A stretch of DNA of 64,000 nt from Candidatus Oxydemutatoraceae bacterium (GCA_965220085.1 CBDCOZ010000003.1:288001-352000); one strand, 5' to 3'; positions 9,525-19,998 are shown, counted from the first letter of the stretch. Notes: a model not told the origin generated them from the letters alone. Numbers and translations are program-made.

Positions 9525-10340
9525 TGAATAATGCCAGAAACATTTCGGATTCCTGGCTCCAACAAAAGCCGACAGCAACATCAACACATCGGCCGGCGTC
9601 AAAGGAACACCAGCGCAAGCTCCGTCTTGGCAAAGGTCTCAAGGCCACGCATCCCGTGCATTGCTATGGATACCGTACGCTGGTTTCTTCAAAGCCGGCG
9701 CCACTATCTGTTCACCGCACCCATAAACAATCTGCAAACAGTTTATGGAGCATAAACAACTTAAGGAATCACAAACAATTAAATATTGTTTGTGCTCCAT
9801 GAAAAAGCCACAAACAACAGAGTTGTTTGTGCTCCATGAAAAAGCCACAAACAACAGAGTTGTTTGTGCTCTTATTACCGTGCCTCATTAAATGTTGTTT
9901 GCGTACCATGCTCGCATAGCCGATTTGGCTTCGCTATCGTTGCCTGTCGTGGTAACAGTACCGTCGCCTTCTTTATGAGGCTGGTGATGGCAACTTTTCC
10001 CAGCAAGATAGAGCAAGCGCTCACCGACAACGGCTCCGAGTTCTGCGGCGCGTTTAATCGCTACCTGCAAGAGCAGGTATCCGCCACTGCTACAACGTAT
10101 CCCCAATGCCCGAAGATGAAGGCTCAAGGAACGCTTTGACCGCACTACTCAGGAAGAGTTTGTGGAACTTGAAAAGGGCTTGTTGATGGCTAAATATGCG
10201 GACATTTCAATAGTCGTCAGATAAAGTATCTGCCATGGTTTAACACCCAACGACCACACTATGGACTGGAACTTCAAGCACCCATGACACAAATCACACA
10301 ATATTTGCCTAATGTGCCCAATGTGTCATGGCCTCATACA
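9525..10340 (+). mobile_element. Degenerate, internally deleted IS481-family element interrupted by a palindromic array
   Basis: Integrase-core remnants YLFTA, SRFGFA, LTDNGSEF, YPQCPKMKA, WFNTQRPH; ends TGTCATGGCCTCATACA. Confidence 0.82.
9786..9871. repeat. 37-bp tandem repeat x2.3 with internal inverted repeat
   Basis: TTGTTTGTGCTCCATGAAAAAGCCACAAACAACAGAG units at 9786, 9823 and 9860 (partial). Confidence 0.9.
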
Positions 10341-10650
10341 TCCTTATCGGGGCGCTTGAATTCTTTAGCGGGTAATCCAAGCAGGCACTATTTTCCGCCC
10401 CCATTGCCGCCATCCCTCTGCTCAAAAAACGCCACATCAAGTCAACACCCTAGTATCCCGCAATCAAAGATTGCAATGCTACGCTGCTCAAAAGACACCA
10501 CATCAACACCCTAGTCACTTGCGCTAACGCATTGAAACTACGGGGTTTTAGCATTGCGCGGGGGTAAGGCAACCGATTATAGTGTCCCGCCTTCCCAGAC
10601 GGTGTGATACTATCGCCAAACAGCCTCAAAACAATATGTATTACTAAAGT

Positions 10651-12381
10651 ATGGCTAAGAATATCATTATCTGTTCTGATGGAACTGGGAACAGTGGCGG
10701 GAAAACTAGGGATACAAACATTTGGCGCATATTCAACGCCGTTGATCGTAATGTGCCCGACTGCAAACAGATTACCTACTACGATGATGGCGTTGGAACT
10801 AGTAGTCTGAAGTTACTCCGGTTGCTTGGCGGCGCTTTTGGTTGGGGATTCAGTCGCAATGTCAGGCAGGCATACGAATTCCTTGCCAAGAATTACGAAG
10901 CCGGCGACAAGGTATTCCTCTTTCGTTTCAGTCGTGGCGCATTTACCGTACGCTCACTGGCCGGTGTGGTTGGGCATTGTGGGTTGGTTAAGCGTAACAG
11001 ACTGATTGGGAAATCTTATCGACAACGAAAAAAATTGTTAAAAAAGATTATTTCTCGGTATCGGGACACCAGAAATGAGCCATGTGTTAGATACCAAAAA
11101 GTAGATATCCACTTTATTGGCGTGTGGGATACGGTTGATGCCGTAGGAGCGCCCTTTGATGGGTTGAAAAGATTTATTGGTTTTGTGACCAGACACCTTT
11201 TGCAGAAGCGGCTGTGGAAGTTTCGCGACCAAAAGCTTGGGAAGCATGTGCACAATGCTTATCACGCTTTATCGCTTGATGACGAACGCAAAACTTTCCA
11301 CCCACTGGTTTGGGAGCATGATAATAGTCCTCCTAGCAAAGAGTGTAGCCCCTCTAACGGGGAGCAACAGCATATTGAACAGGTGTGGTTTGCCGGAGTG
11401 CATTCCAATGTTGGCGGCAGTTACCCCAAAGATTCCATGTCATTGGTATCTTTGGATTGGATGATGGGAGCGGCTGAAAAGTGTGAGTTGAAATTTATAG
11501 CAGGGCAACACGCTGACTACCGCAAGAATGCCGATGTGCACGGGAAGATGTATGACTCGCGCACGGGGCTTGGCATGTTCTACCGCCCCACGCTACGCAA
11601 AATAGAACAGGGTGTAATCCACCATAGCGTGTTTGAGCGAATCAAGCGATGCACTGACAACTATGCTCCTAAAATAATCCGCGAAGAGATTCCCTTACAT
11701 AACCAAAGAGACGATAAGTCTCTGCCTTCGCCTCTCTTTCCGGGCCTGCCTGAAAAAGTCGTTGACAAACTATTCGAATCTGGCATACGACGGAAACGGT
11801 TGTATGTTCTTTCAATAGTGTTGCTATTGCCACTATTTTATATACTGGAGCCAGCCTCAATATTTGAGGCATTAACATACGGATCATTCTCTAAGTTGCT
11901 TAATAATCTGTTTGCATACTACAGTTGTTGTATAGCCAGCATTCTAGAAATCTGTGAGTGGCGCATATGTGGTTGCGAGTCAATATATGCTACGCTTGCA
12001 TACTTATTTAGCTGTATTATTCCAACTTTCTTGACGGTGGCAGTGTTATCTCTTTATGGAACATTGCGATGGATTAAAGGCAGGGAAAATGACTCTGCCC
12101 TTCGCGCATGGCAAAGAGTTATGGAAAATGTACAGGAGTCAAAAGAGGAGGAGCCTCCCCACGAACCGGGCGGGCGGCATAGCAGGTCTGATGAAGACAA
12201 TGTACAGAAGTCAAAAGAGGAGGAGTCCCCTCGCGAACCGGGTGGGTGGCGTAGCAGGTCTGATGAAGACAATGTACAGGAGTCAAAAGAGGAGGAGTCC
12301 CCTCGCGAACCGGGTGGGCGGCATAGCAGGTCTGATGAAGACAATGTACAGGAGTCGAAAGAAGAGTCCCCCCATGTTTGA
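10651..12381 (+). CDS. DUF2235 / Tle1-like alpha/beta hydrolase with C-terminal TM helices and repeats
   Basis: IICSDGTGN, YDDGVGT, FSRGAFTVR, IGVWDTV, QVWFAGVHSNVGG. Confidence 0.9.
   Translation: MAKNIIICSDGTGNSGGKTRDTNIWRIFNAVDRNVPDCKQITYYDDGVGTSSLKLLRLLGGAFGWGFSRNVRQAYEFLAKNYEAGDKVFLFRFSRGAFTVRSLAGVVGHCGLVKRNRLIGKSYRQRKKLLKKIISRYRDTRNEPCVRYQKVDIHFIGVWDTVDAVGAPFDGLKRFIGFVTRHLLQKRLWKFRDQKLGKHVHNAYHALSLDDERKTFHPLVWEHDNSPPSKECSPSNGEQQHIEQVWFAGVHSNVGGSYPKDSMSLVSLDWMMGAAEKCELKFIAGQHADYRKNADVHGKMYDSRTGLGMFYRPTLRKIEQGVIHHSVFERIKRCTDNYAPKIIREEIPLHNQRDDKSLPSPLFPGLPEKVVDKLFESGIRRKRLYVLSIVLLLPLFYILEPASIFEALTYGSFSKLLNNLFAYYSCCIASILEICEWRICGCESIYATLAYLFSCIIPTFLTVAVLSLYGTLRWIKGRENDSALRAWQRVMENVQESKEEEPPHEPGGRHSRSDEDNVQKSKEEESPREPGGWRSRSDEDNVQESKEEESPREPGGRHSRSDEDNVQESKEESPHV
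12127..12376 (+). repeat. 72-bp coding tandem repeat x3.5
   Basis: NVQESKEEExPxEPGGRHSRSDED units at 12127, 12199, 12271, 12343. Confidence 0.92.
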
Positions 12382-13999
12382 TATGCGACTGTTAAAGCTA
12401 ACGATTATCATAATTAGCTGTTTCATGGTGATTGGTTGTCGCCCTTTACACAAAACTTTATTACCTGAAGATCCGGAAGGCAGGTCTATATATTCTTTCG
12501 GAGGCGATCGAGTCACCTCAGCCGGAGCTAACCAACTGCTTGACGAGAAACTTGAGAGTATCACTATAGAAGAACTGGTTATTATACTTGACCCTGAAGT
12601 ATGTGACTCAAATGGCAAAGACTCAAATGGCGGAGAAAGGCCTTCATTCTGCAGTAACTCAAGTGACACAGGTGTACACTCATTTGGTAGTCGTCAAGGT
12701 AAGCCGGGAAAAAGTGCTGAAGAGGTCCTTGAATTGGAGAAAGAGTTGCAAAAAGCATTGCAAAAAGCAAATGAAAACGAAGAAGGAGGGTGCTCGAACT
12801 TGGCTCGAATTCAAGATTATTTCATTACAGTATCAAACCAACGCTGTAATTTATATTCCACCTATTTGACACGATTTAGCTCATTAACTGATGGAATCTT
12901 TGGCTCTATGTCAGTGGTGTTCGGAGGGGCTGGGGCTATGTTTCAATCAGAGAGTGCTACGCGTATTCTTTCGGGTCTTGCCGGGATATCTTCCGGAATC
13001 AGTGGCGAAATAAATCATGCTGTGTTCAAGGGCCAATTCGCAGAGCTAATACTTGATAATGTTAAAGAAGCGCGAAAGGACAAGTTGGAAGAGATAATGG
13101 CTAAGAGGAAGACGTGTTACTCAGAGGGGGGGGTAAGGCAACTGGCAAGGGATACAAGACAACTCGCAGAGGATGCAAAGAAGGATGCAAAGAAGCTAGC
13201 AGAGAAGACAGAGAAACTGGCAAAGAATGCAGAGAAACTAGCAAAGAATGCAGAGAAACTAGCAGAAGATACAAAGCAACTAGCAGAAGATACAAAGCAA
13301 CTAGCAGAAGATACAAAGCAACTCGCAGAGGATGCAAAGCAACTCGCAGAGGATGCAAAGAAGGATACAAAGCAACTAGCAGAGGGTACAAAGAAACTAG
13401 CAGAGGATGCAAAGAAACTGGCAGAGGATGTAAAGAAGGATGCAGAGCAACTAGCAGAGAAGACAGGGAATCTGGCAAAGAATGCAGAGAAACTAGAAAA
13501 GGAGGATACAAAGAAACTAGCAGAAGATACAAAGCAACTAGCAGAGGGTACAAAGAAACTAGTGAAGAAGGCAGAGAAACTGGAAGGTGATACAAAGAAG
13601 CTGGCAGAGAGTGCAAGGCAACTAGCGGATAAGGCACAGGAACTACTAACAAAGGATGTAGAACCACTAGTACAGAGGACAAAGAGCCTGGCACAGGGCA
13701 CACTAACAAAGGATAATACAAAGAAACTAGCAGAGAGTACAGAGAGACTGGCAAAGAAGGCAGAGAAACTAGCAAGAGATACAGGGCAACCATATATGGT
13801 TTCTGAAGCGCTTGTTGATGCGATCAACTACCACGGCATATGCAGTATAGGTTCCGGGCTAGCCAAAATGAAAGAGCAACTAGAGAAAGCAAAAAATCCA
13901 TCACTTGACGTTTTCAAAGAGAGGGTGAAAGAATTTAATGAGATTAGGGAATTGCTAAATAGCACTGGCACCAAGGTAAGTAAGCAGGGGAGCAACTAG
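12374..13999 (+). CDS. Putative lipoprotein with long heptad coiled-coil insertion
   Basis: Start overlaps the upstream stop; signal peptide ending VIGC; LAEDTKQ/LAKNAEK heptads at 13135-13780. Confidence 0.8.
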   Translation: MFDMRLLKLTIIIISCFMVIGCRPLHKTLLPEDPEGRSIYSFGGDRVTSAGANQLLDEKLESITIEELVIILDPEVCDSNGKDSNGGERPSFCSNSSDTGVHSFGSRQGKPGKSAEEVLELEKELQKALQKANENEEGGCSNLARIQDYFITVSNQRCNLYSTYLTRFSSLTDGIFGSMSVVFGGAGAMFQSESATRILSGLAGISSGISGEINHAVFKGQFAELILDNVKEARKDKLEEIMAKRKTCYSEGGVRQLARDTRQLAEDAKKDAKKLAEKTEKLAKNAEKLAKNAEKLAEDTKQLAEDTKQLAEDTKQLAEDAKQLAEDAKKDTKQLAEGTKKLAEDAKKLAEDVKKDAEQLAEKTGNLAKNAEKLEKEDTKKLAEDTKQLAEGTKKLVKKAEKLEGDTKKLAESARQLADKAQELLTKDVEPLVQRTKSLAQGTLTKDNTKKLAESTERLAKKAEKLARDTGQPYMVSEALVDAINYHGICSIGSGLAKMKEQLEKAKNPSLDVFKERVKEFNEIRELLNSTGTKVSKQGSN

Positions 14000-14257
14000 A
14001 TAGGTAGGGACATCCGGGGTAAGAACGGACCGCCTTATGATGCCCTACATACCATTCAAAGGAACGCTATACTTCATGTAAAAAGAGTAGACTTAATATG
14101 GTTTTGAGTCCTGCCATTTTTCATCAACTAGGCGTCATGGTTCCATCATTTTTACTGGAACGGAAAAATATGATTATAGCCTTGCCCAAAGCTCCATACT
14201 ATTGTCAGATACTTCTCTTCCGTTTCCTATACAATACTTGATAATCAAACACTCAGG

Positions 14258-15244
14258 GTGCCAAATTGTTATGGGTTTGTTAAATGGGTGACGATTAATA
14301 ATTGGTGGGAAACAGACTTGTATAAGCACAGCATCATTCACGGGCGACATCGTTTCGGTCGCTATTGCGTGACACCGCATGTACAGAATTCGCGCGCGCT
14401 GGTTGAATGGATTGAAGCGTGCGAATTCCGCCGCTTTGAGAATGAGCAATATCACCTGAAACGTTGCTTTGGGCGTCGCAGAAGTCAGCTATACGGCATT
14501 CCTCTGCCGGGCATGCGGGGCGAGGCGGTCATGAAGATGTCGACAATCCATCCGGCTTACAAGTTGTCGCGCCGGACAGAGTTGTTTCTGCGCTCGCTAT
14601 ATCGTGATTACAACAAGGCCGCTTTCAAATATGCATTGGCTCTGCTCAATGCCGGAGCGCCGGTCGCGGAACCATTTGCTTTCTGGAGCGATTGGCGCAG
14701 CCGGTTTGACCGCAGAAGTTATCTGCTGTGCCGAAAAGTTCCCGGCGAGATGACCTTGTATGATCTGCTGCAAAAAATCTCACAGCCGGATGATGAGGCG
14801 GCACAACATATCACGCATAGCATACGTCGTCGCTTGATAGAAATTATGCGAAAGATGCACACCGCCAATCTTCGTCATGGCGACCCCCATCCGAATAACA
14901 TATTGGTTAATACCGACTTGCTGCCGGAGCAAATCACGGCAGAGAGCGCCAAGACCCTGCCGATATTTTTCATTGACTTTGACCGCTGTTCGTCTGCATA
15001 TGTTAAATGGTCGCCCATTAAAGAGTTCTTTGATTTGCGCGATATGGCGGAGGTCTGTCGCTGGAAAGAGAAGCGTATCTTAGCCAAAGAGTTGCCCGAA
15101 ATTCTGTTCCCGGACGGGCCAACAATATGGCAACGCATGGCGATATGGTTTTGGTGCGAGGGCGGATTGCAATGGCGACAGCACTCGGCGACCCGCCGAA
15201 AAAAGAGAGGCAGGCATTTGAAAGAGCAATATCGCCGCGATTAA
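14258..15244 (+). CDS. Lipopolysaccharide kinase (Kdo/WaaP-like) family protein, paralog 2
   Basis: AVMK, HGDPHPNNIL, FIDFD; 5' region homologous to 2680-2770. Confidence 0.8.
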   Translation: MPNCYGFVKWVTINNWWETDLYKHSIIHGRHRFGRYCVTPHVQNSRALVEWIEACEFRRFENEQYHLKRCFGRRRSQLYGIPLPGMRGEAVMKMSTIHPAYKLSRRTELFLRSLYRDYNKAAFKYALALLNAGAPVAEPFAFWSDWRSRFDRRSYLLCRKVPGEMTLYDLLQKISQPDDEAAQHITHSIRRRLIEIMRKMHTANLRHGDPHPNNILVNTDLLPEQITAESAKTLPIFFIDFDRCSSAYVKWSPIKEFFDLRDMAEVCRWKEKRILAKELPEILFPDGPTIWQRMAIWFWCEGGLQWRQHSATRRKKRGRHLKEQYRRD

Positions 15245-16167
15245 GCATCCGAGAGGCCCGTTGCAAGCGCGCCGGCATCTGATTTCAGAATGGGTATTGA
15301 CTCAATAACAGGAAAGCCAAAGCCGGTATCTTTCGAGTAATAAAAGCCGCCGTAATCTTCAAGCGGAAAGTTGCTGCCCGGAGCCGAGCAGAGAACAGTA
15401 TCGGGCTTATCGGGGAGTTCTCTGTCAGGCGCCCGAATCACAAAACACACAGTGGGATTCAGAGGGTTTCTGGGCTTGTCAATCTTTATTTTATCAACCA
15501 CCGTGCCGCCGATTGCTTCGGCAATGCCATCAAGATTTTTAATATACCCGTATTGATCCATTCGCTTCTTGCCCTCGTCCGAATTGATTTCATAACATGG
15601 CTCAAAAAGCGCCAATGTTTTTCTTGCGACCCTAAAAAGCTCTTTTAAGATAGTCTCAAGTTTCCCCCCGTTAGGTTCCAGCGCATGGCTTGAAGTAATA
15701 ACGTCTATTGAGCCGTCTTGCAGAGGAATTTCACAAATATTGGCGGCAAAGGGTCTGATATGTATTCCCGCCGGTTGCAGGTTTTTTTGCACATAGGCAA
15801 GTCCCTGATAGAGGCGAGACCAACTGGTGTCAAAAGCAAACACCTCTTTGGGATGCCCCAACCGGTTTAGCAGGCCGGGCAATGTGGTCATCTCGCCGGT
15901 TCCCACATCCAGCAACGAATCGCTATCGCTAACATACTGCCCAAGTATATCGGATAACTGCGAACAATATTGAGCGACAATCTGCGTGTTTGATTCGGCA
16001 TCTCGGATATAGGAACCCGCTTGAAGGTCATAAGCCATTTCTATAATTTCCGTCGTATTCTGTTTGCAATCCCATTTCTCTCTGAGGAACGCGGTTATGT
16101 TTCTCCCTTCGGCATATTCTTTTTTGGCAGTTGCCATGTCGGAATATTTTGTGCGGCGCGGATTCAT
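15241..16167 (-). CDS. Class I SAM-dependent methyltransferase
   Basis: LLDVGTGE, AFDTS, SIDVITSSHALE, ELFRVA. Confidence 0.85.
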   Translation of the reverse strand: MNPRRTKYSDMATAKKEYAEGRNITAFLREKWDCKQNTTEIIEMAYDLQAGSYIRDAESNTQIVAQYCSQLSDILGQYVSDSDSLLDVGTGEMTTLPGLLNRLGHPKEVFAFDTSWSRLYQGLAYVQKNLQPAGIHIRPFAANICEIPLQDGSIDVITSSHALEPNGGKLETILKELFRVARKTLALFEPCYEINSDEGKKRMDQYGYIKNLDGIAEAIGGTVVDKIKIDKPRNPLNPTVCFVIRAPDRELPDKPDTVLCSAPGSNFPLEDYGGFYYSKDTGFGFPVIESIPILKSDAGALATGLSDA

Positions 16168-16218
16168 GGTTCTTTTGCGTTGCGGAATGTGTCAGTATGC
16201 AGCGTGTCTGAAATAGGT

Positions 16219-16500
16219 TTATGAGGCTTCTGCATTGCCAGAGATATCTGCGCGCAGCAATTTGAATGTTTTGTGTCCCGAGAGAGTTCTGTCATCGCTT
16301 GCGTGAAAACCGCTTTTCAGGAAAAACCGCTGTGCGCGCTGGTTACTGTCCAAAACAAATCCGTAAATTGCATCAAGATCATTCCAGCGCACAAAAGCCT
16401 CGTGACATGCGGTTTTCATAACCGACGAACCGCGCGGGCCGGCAAGTGTTATTTGCCGTTCGAACTCCTCGTTTGTGGGTTCCCCAAGCAGGTGTTTGTT
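16219..16500 (-). pseudogene. 3' remnant of a GNAT acetyltransferase
   Basis: IYGFVLDSNQRAQRFFLKSGF; the 5' part is occupied by the neighbouring gene. Confidence 0.55.
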
Positions 16501-16549
16501 GGTGATGGGCTGGTTGGCAACAAAATGCACGGGAGCCTTGTTTACGGAA

Positions 16550-18349
16550 TTACTCATCATATAACTCCTCATCATCATATAGCTCCTTTAGTGTCCTAAC
16601 AAAATCCACAGCCTCTCTTATCTCCTCATTCGCTTCGTCTTCGTATTTATCAACAATCTCATTTAATGTGTCATGGGTATCTGTGTCGGAAGTATTCTCC
16701 ATCATTGCATATGTAAGGCCTGCTCTAATAGCAATCAATATCACAGACTCTGATGGATCCTCTATTTTTCTGGCCTCGTCATACACTTCCTTAAAAATCT
16801 TGTTTGCTTTTGATGGATTCTCTAAGTTGAGATAATCAATTCCTGAATAAACCTTCGCCGTAAGACGGATTTTTGCATTCGTCTTTGATGCTTCGTAAAT
16901 CTCATCATAGGCTTTTATCGCTTCTGAAAAGCATTCTTTTTCTCCTAAATCTATAGCCATTTTTAAATCCTTCTCGGTAGGATTGGGATCTATTGTAATA
17001 CTCTTACAAAGGTTCCCTTTTGCTGCTTCTGCTTCTGCTGCTTTTGCTTCTGTTGCTTCTGTTGCTTCTGCTTCTTTTGCTTTCGCTTTTGCATCTGCTT
17101 TCTTTTCAGCTGCTCCTGCCTCTACTTTTGCATCTGCTTTCTTTTCAGCTGCCCCTGCTTCTACTTTTGCATCTGCTTTCTTTTCAGCTGCCCCTGCTTT
17201 TGCTTTTGCTTCTGCTTTCTTTTCAGTTGCTTCTGCTTCTACTTTTGCATCTGCTTTCTTTTCAGTTGCTCCTGCTTCTACTTTTGCATCTGCTTTCTTT
17301 TCAGCTGCCCCTGCTTCGTCTTTTGCTTTTTTTGCTACTACTGCTGCTTCTGCTGCTTTTTCTGCTGCTTTTTCTGCTGCTTTTTCTGCTGCTACTTCTG
17401 CTTTTTCTACTGCTACTTCTGCTTTTTCTACTGCTACTCTTTCACCTACTCCTGCTGTTGCTTTTGCTTTTGCTTTTTCTGCTTCTACTCTTGCTTTTTC
17501 TGCCTCTGCTACTTTTGTTGCTACTTTTGCTTCTGCTTCTCGTACTTTTGCTTTTGCTCTCACTGCTTCTACTTCTGCTTTTTCTGCTACTACTTCTGCT
17601 TTTTCTTTTACTCTTGCTTCTTCTGCTACTACTGCTTTTACTTTTGCTAATTCTTCTGTCCTCACTACTTTGACTTCTGCTTTTGCTATTTTTGCTACTT
17701 CTTCTCCTGTTGTTGCTTTTGCTGCTAATGCTGCTGCTTCTGCTGCTAATGCTGCTGCTTCTGCTGCTAATGCTGCTGCTTCTGCTGCTAATGCTGCTGC
17801 TTCTGCTGCTAATGCTGCTGCTTCTGCTTTTTCTACTTGCTTCTCTATTCGATCTGAGAACTTAAACATCGTATCATCAACACGGAATGCCATAAGGACA
17901 AAGAGGCCGCCAACGATTGCCGCAAGTAGCGTGATGATTTGCTCATTGTATTTGTGGTGCTGGTTAGGTGCATTACCAGTGGCAGGTGCATTACCAGTGA
18001 CAGAAACGAACACGGCCGCAAGACGGTTGATTTTCAAAGGTGCATTACCAGCGGCAGGTGTATTACCATTTCCATCTTTAGACATCGCTAATCGCTTAGA
18101 TATCGCTATGACAGCAATAATGAGAGTAACAAGCATAGCGAGATGCATGATAGTTGCTGGCTCTAGCCAATCCTTTAGCCAATCCTTTAGCCAATCTGTT
18201 TCTCCTGCTACCCATGCCACACCTGCTATCACGAGAACAACAGCCAGCACAACTAGCAAAATACCTGCGAGCACTTTCTTTACTGCATCTTTCTCTGTTA
18301 CATTTCCCTTATTTTTCTTTGCTATATTTTTCTTTTCTTCATTAGTCAT
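16550..18349 (-). CDS. Membrane-anchored Ala/Glu/Lys-rich stalk protein with C-terminal TPR-like helices
   Basis: 3 hydrophobic segments; AEAAAL and AAEKKADAKVEAG repeats; helical C-terminus; RBS before ATG 18349. Confidence 0.8.
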   Translation of the reverse strand: MTNEEKKNIAKKNKGNVTEKDAVKKVLAGILLVVLAVVLVIAGVAWVAGETDWLKDWLKDWLEPATIMHLAMLVTLIIAVIAISKRLAMSKDGNGNTPAAGNAPLKINRLAAVFVSVTGNAPATGNAPNQHHKYNEQIITLLAAIVGGLFVLMAFRVDDTMFKFSDRIEKQVEKAEAAALAAEAAALAAEAAALAAEAAALAAEAAALAAKATTGEEVAKIAKAEVKVVRTEELAKVKAVVAEEARVKEKAEVVAEKAEVEAVRAKAKVREAEAKVATKVAEAEKARVEAEKAKAKATAGVGERVAVEKAEVAVEKAEVAAEKAAEKAAEKAAEAAVVAKKAKDEAGAAEKKADAKVEAGATEKKADAKVEAEATEKKAEAKAKAGAAEKKADAKVEAGAAEKKADAKVEAGAAEKKADAKAKAKEAEATEATEAKAAEAEAAKGNLCKSITIDPNPTEKDLKMAIDLGEKECFSEAIKAYDEIYEASKTNAKIRLTAKVYSGIDYLNLENPSKANKIFKEVYDEARKIEDPSESVILIAIRAGLTYAMMENTSDTDTHDTLNEIVDKYEDEANEEIREAVDFVRTLKELYDDEELYDE

Positions 18350-18644
18350 ACGACCCCTCCCCACAAAGTAATTATGACTAGCATATTGCCGGCTTTACGA
18401 CACCCTGTCAAGCATGGAGATAAGCCGCATTATTACTGGCTTTTTGCCTAATTCCTTGCTCGCCAGCCGCTCAAAATGATAGAAATCCGATTGCCAAATC
18501 TTTACCAACCACAAGCCGCTTGCCGGTAGCAAAGAAGCCAAGAAGCGCCCGCAAGCCATCAAAGAATCCCTCCAAGAGGAGCACACTCCCCGAACACAGT
18601 CATACGGATGAGCCAGTCCGCATGAACAAGCACGGGGCGGGCAA

Positions 18645-18800
18645 AAGCGCTGCGAGTTTTGCAGTTCGCGAAGCAGGTCTTGCGGCGAGCGAGGGCCGCT
18701 GAGGAGTCTGCCGTCTTCAAGCAAGAAGGTCGGCGTTGCGGAGATGTTCAGGGTTCTGGTCAGAGCGAGGTTGTCGTCAAATCTCGGCGACTGCCTCCGG
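18645..18800 (-). pseudogene. 3' fragment of a DsbC/DsbG-like thioredoxin-fold gene
   Basis: FDDNLALTRTLNISATPTFLLEDGRLLSGPRSPQDLLRELQ; last ~40 bp recur inverted at 5736-5776. Confidence 0.55.
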
Positions 18801-18875
18801 CGGCCGTTTGTGTTGTCGGTGCCGGCGCGGGACGGTGCTGCGATTGGTTAAGCCGTTAAGGTCATAGTTCTGATA

Positions 18876-19281
18876 TGTATGATGCCAAGACACTCTTGCC
18901 GGGAAAGACTTCCATCACCAGCCTCACAAAGAAAGCGGTGGCACTGTTACACGATAGGCGGCGACAGCGAAACCGAACCGCTATGGCTATGCAAATCTAC
19001 GGCGGTGAACGATAGCGGCACTGGCCTTGAAGAAACCAGCGCACGGTACCCATAGCAATGCACGGGATACGTGATCTTGAAATTCTTACCAAGACGGAGC
19101 TTGCGATGGCGTTCCTGTGATGCCGTAGCCAATGTGTTGATATTGCATGTCGGCTACATTTGTTGTTGAAGCCAAGAATCCAGAATATTTCTGGCATTAT
19201 TCAGTCCAATATGTCATGGCATCATGCAATTTAATGATCGTCGGATAAAATATCTGCCATGGTTTAACACCCAGCGACCCA
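18876..19281. mobile_element. IS481-family relic cluster (inverted 5' piece with terminal repeat, then a 3' piece)
   Basis: Terminal-repeat copies at 18876 and ~19212-19228; same internal deletion as 9525. Confidence 0.75.
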
Positions 19282-19302
19282 CTATTTTCAATCCGCAAGA
19301 CA

Positions 19303-19995
19303 ATGGCCCGACTTAACTCATCACGACAACGGCTGTGCGAGGAGAACAGTCTTTTTGCCAAGTCAATACCCGCCGGCGCCATCGTTTTGGACGCAGGAGC
19401 GGGCGACCAACGATACAAGCATCTGTTTGCGCATACGCGCTACGAAGCTGCGGACTTCAAAAAGGTGGACAAAAAATATGCGCAGCCCGCTTATGTTTGC
19501 GACCTGACCGACATCCCCGTTGAGGATGCCAGGTTTGACTGCATACTGTTTAATCAGGTCATGGAGCATTTGCCCAATCCGCAGAAAGCGCTGGCAGAAC
19601 TGTTCCGTGTGCTCAAGCCCGGCGGGCGGATGATTTATACCGGCCCCCTCTTTTACGAGGAACATGAAAAACCGTATGACTTTTTCAGATATACGCAGTT
19701 TGGCCTTCGTATGTTATTCGCCGATGCCGGGTTTGTGATCGATCGGTTGGATTGGATGGAAGGCTACTACGGCACACTCGGCTATCAACTGAAAGGAATG
19801 GCAAAACACCTGCCGATGAACCCGCAAGAGTTTGGCGGAGGGATTCTCGGCGCTTTGTCTGTTCCGCTAGTCTTTGCCGCCAGAATCAGCGCATATATAT
19901 TGTCTATTTTCTTTCACCGGATGGAGATGCGATACAAATTCACCAAAAGAGGTTATCCTAAAAACTATGTGGCCATTCTTACCAAACCATCGTGA
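19303..19995 (+). CDS. Class I SAM-dependent methyltransferase (Methyltransf_11-like), copy A
   Basis: VLDAGAG, NQVMEH, ELFRVLKPGG, HEKPYDFFRYT. Confidence 0.9.
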   Translation: MARLNSSRQRLCEENSLFAKSIPAGAIVLDAGAGDQRYKHLFAHTRYEAADFKKVDKKYAQPAYVCDLTDIPVEDARFDCILFNQVMEHLPNPQKALAELFRVLKPGGRMIYTGPLFYEEHEKPYDFFRYTQFGLRMLFADAGFVIDRLDWMEGYYGTLGYQLKGMAKHLPMNPQEFGGGILGALSVPLVFAARISAYILSIFFHRMEMRYKFTKRGYPKNYVAILTKPS

Positions 19996-19998
19996 GCC

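Noticed and set aside
9786-9871. 37-bp palindromic repeats as a CRISPR array
   Set aside because: Units are head-to-tail with no spacers and there are no cas genes in the window.
12056-12373. N-terminal extension of the lipoprotein ORF
   Set aside because: It is an alternative frame through the 72-bp repeats; the signal peptide begins at 12374.
13101-13827. Alternative-frame and antisense ORFs over the heptad region (likewise over the pentapeptide and Sel1 arrays)
   Set aside because: Open only because the repeat units lack stop codons.
16983-18371. Plus-strand ORFs including a poly-Leu ORF
   Set aside because: Antisense shadows of the low-complexity Ala/Glu/Lys gene.
18650-18859. TyrRS/S4-like fragment on the plus strand (EAGLAAS)
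   Set aside because: The minus strand gives a more convincing DsbC-like C-terminus.
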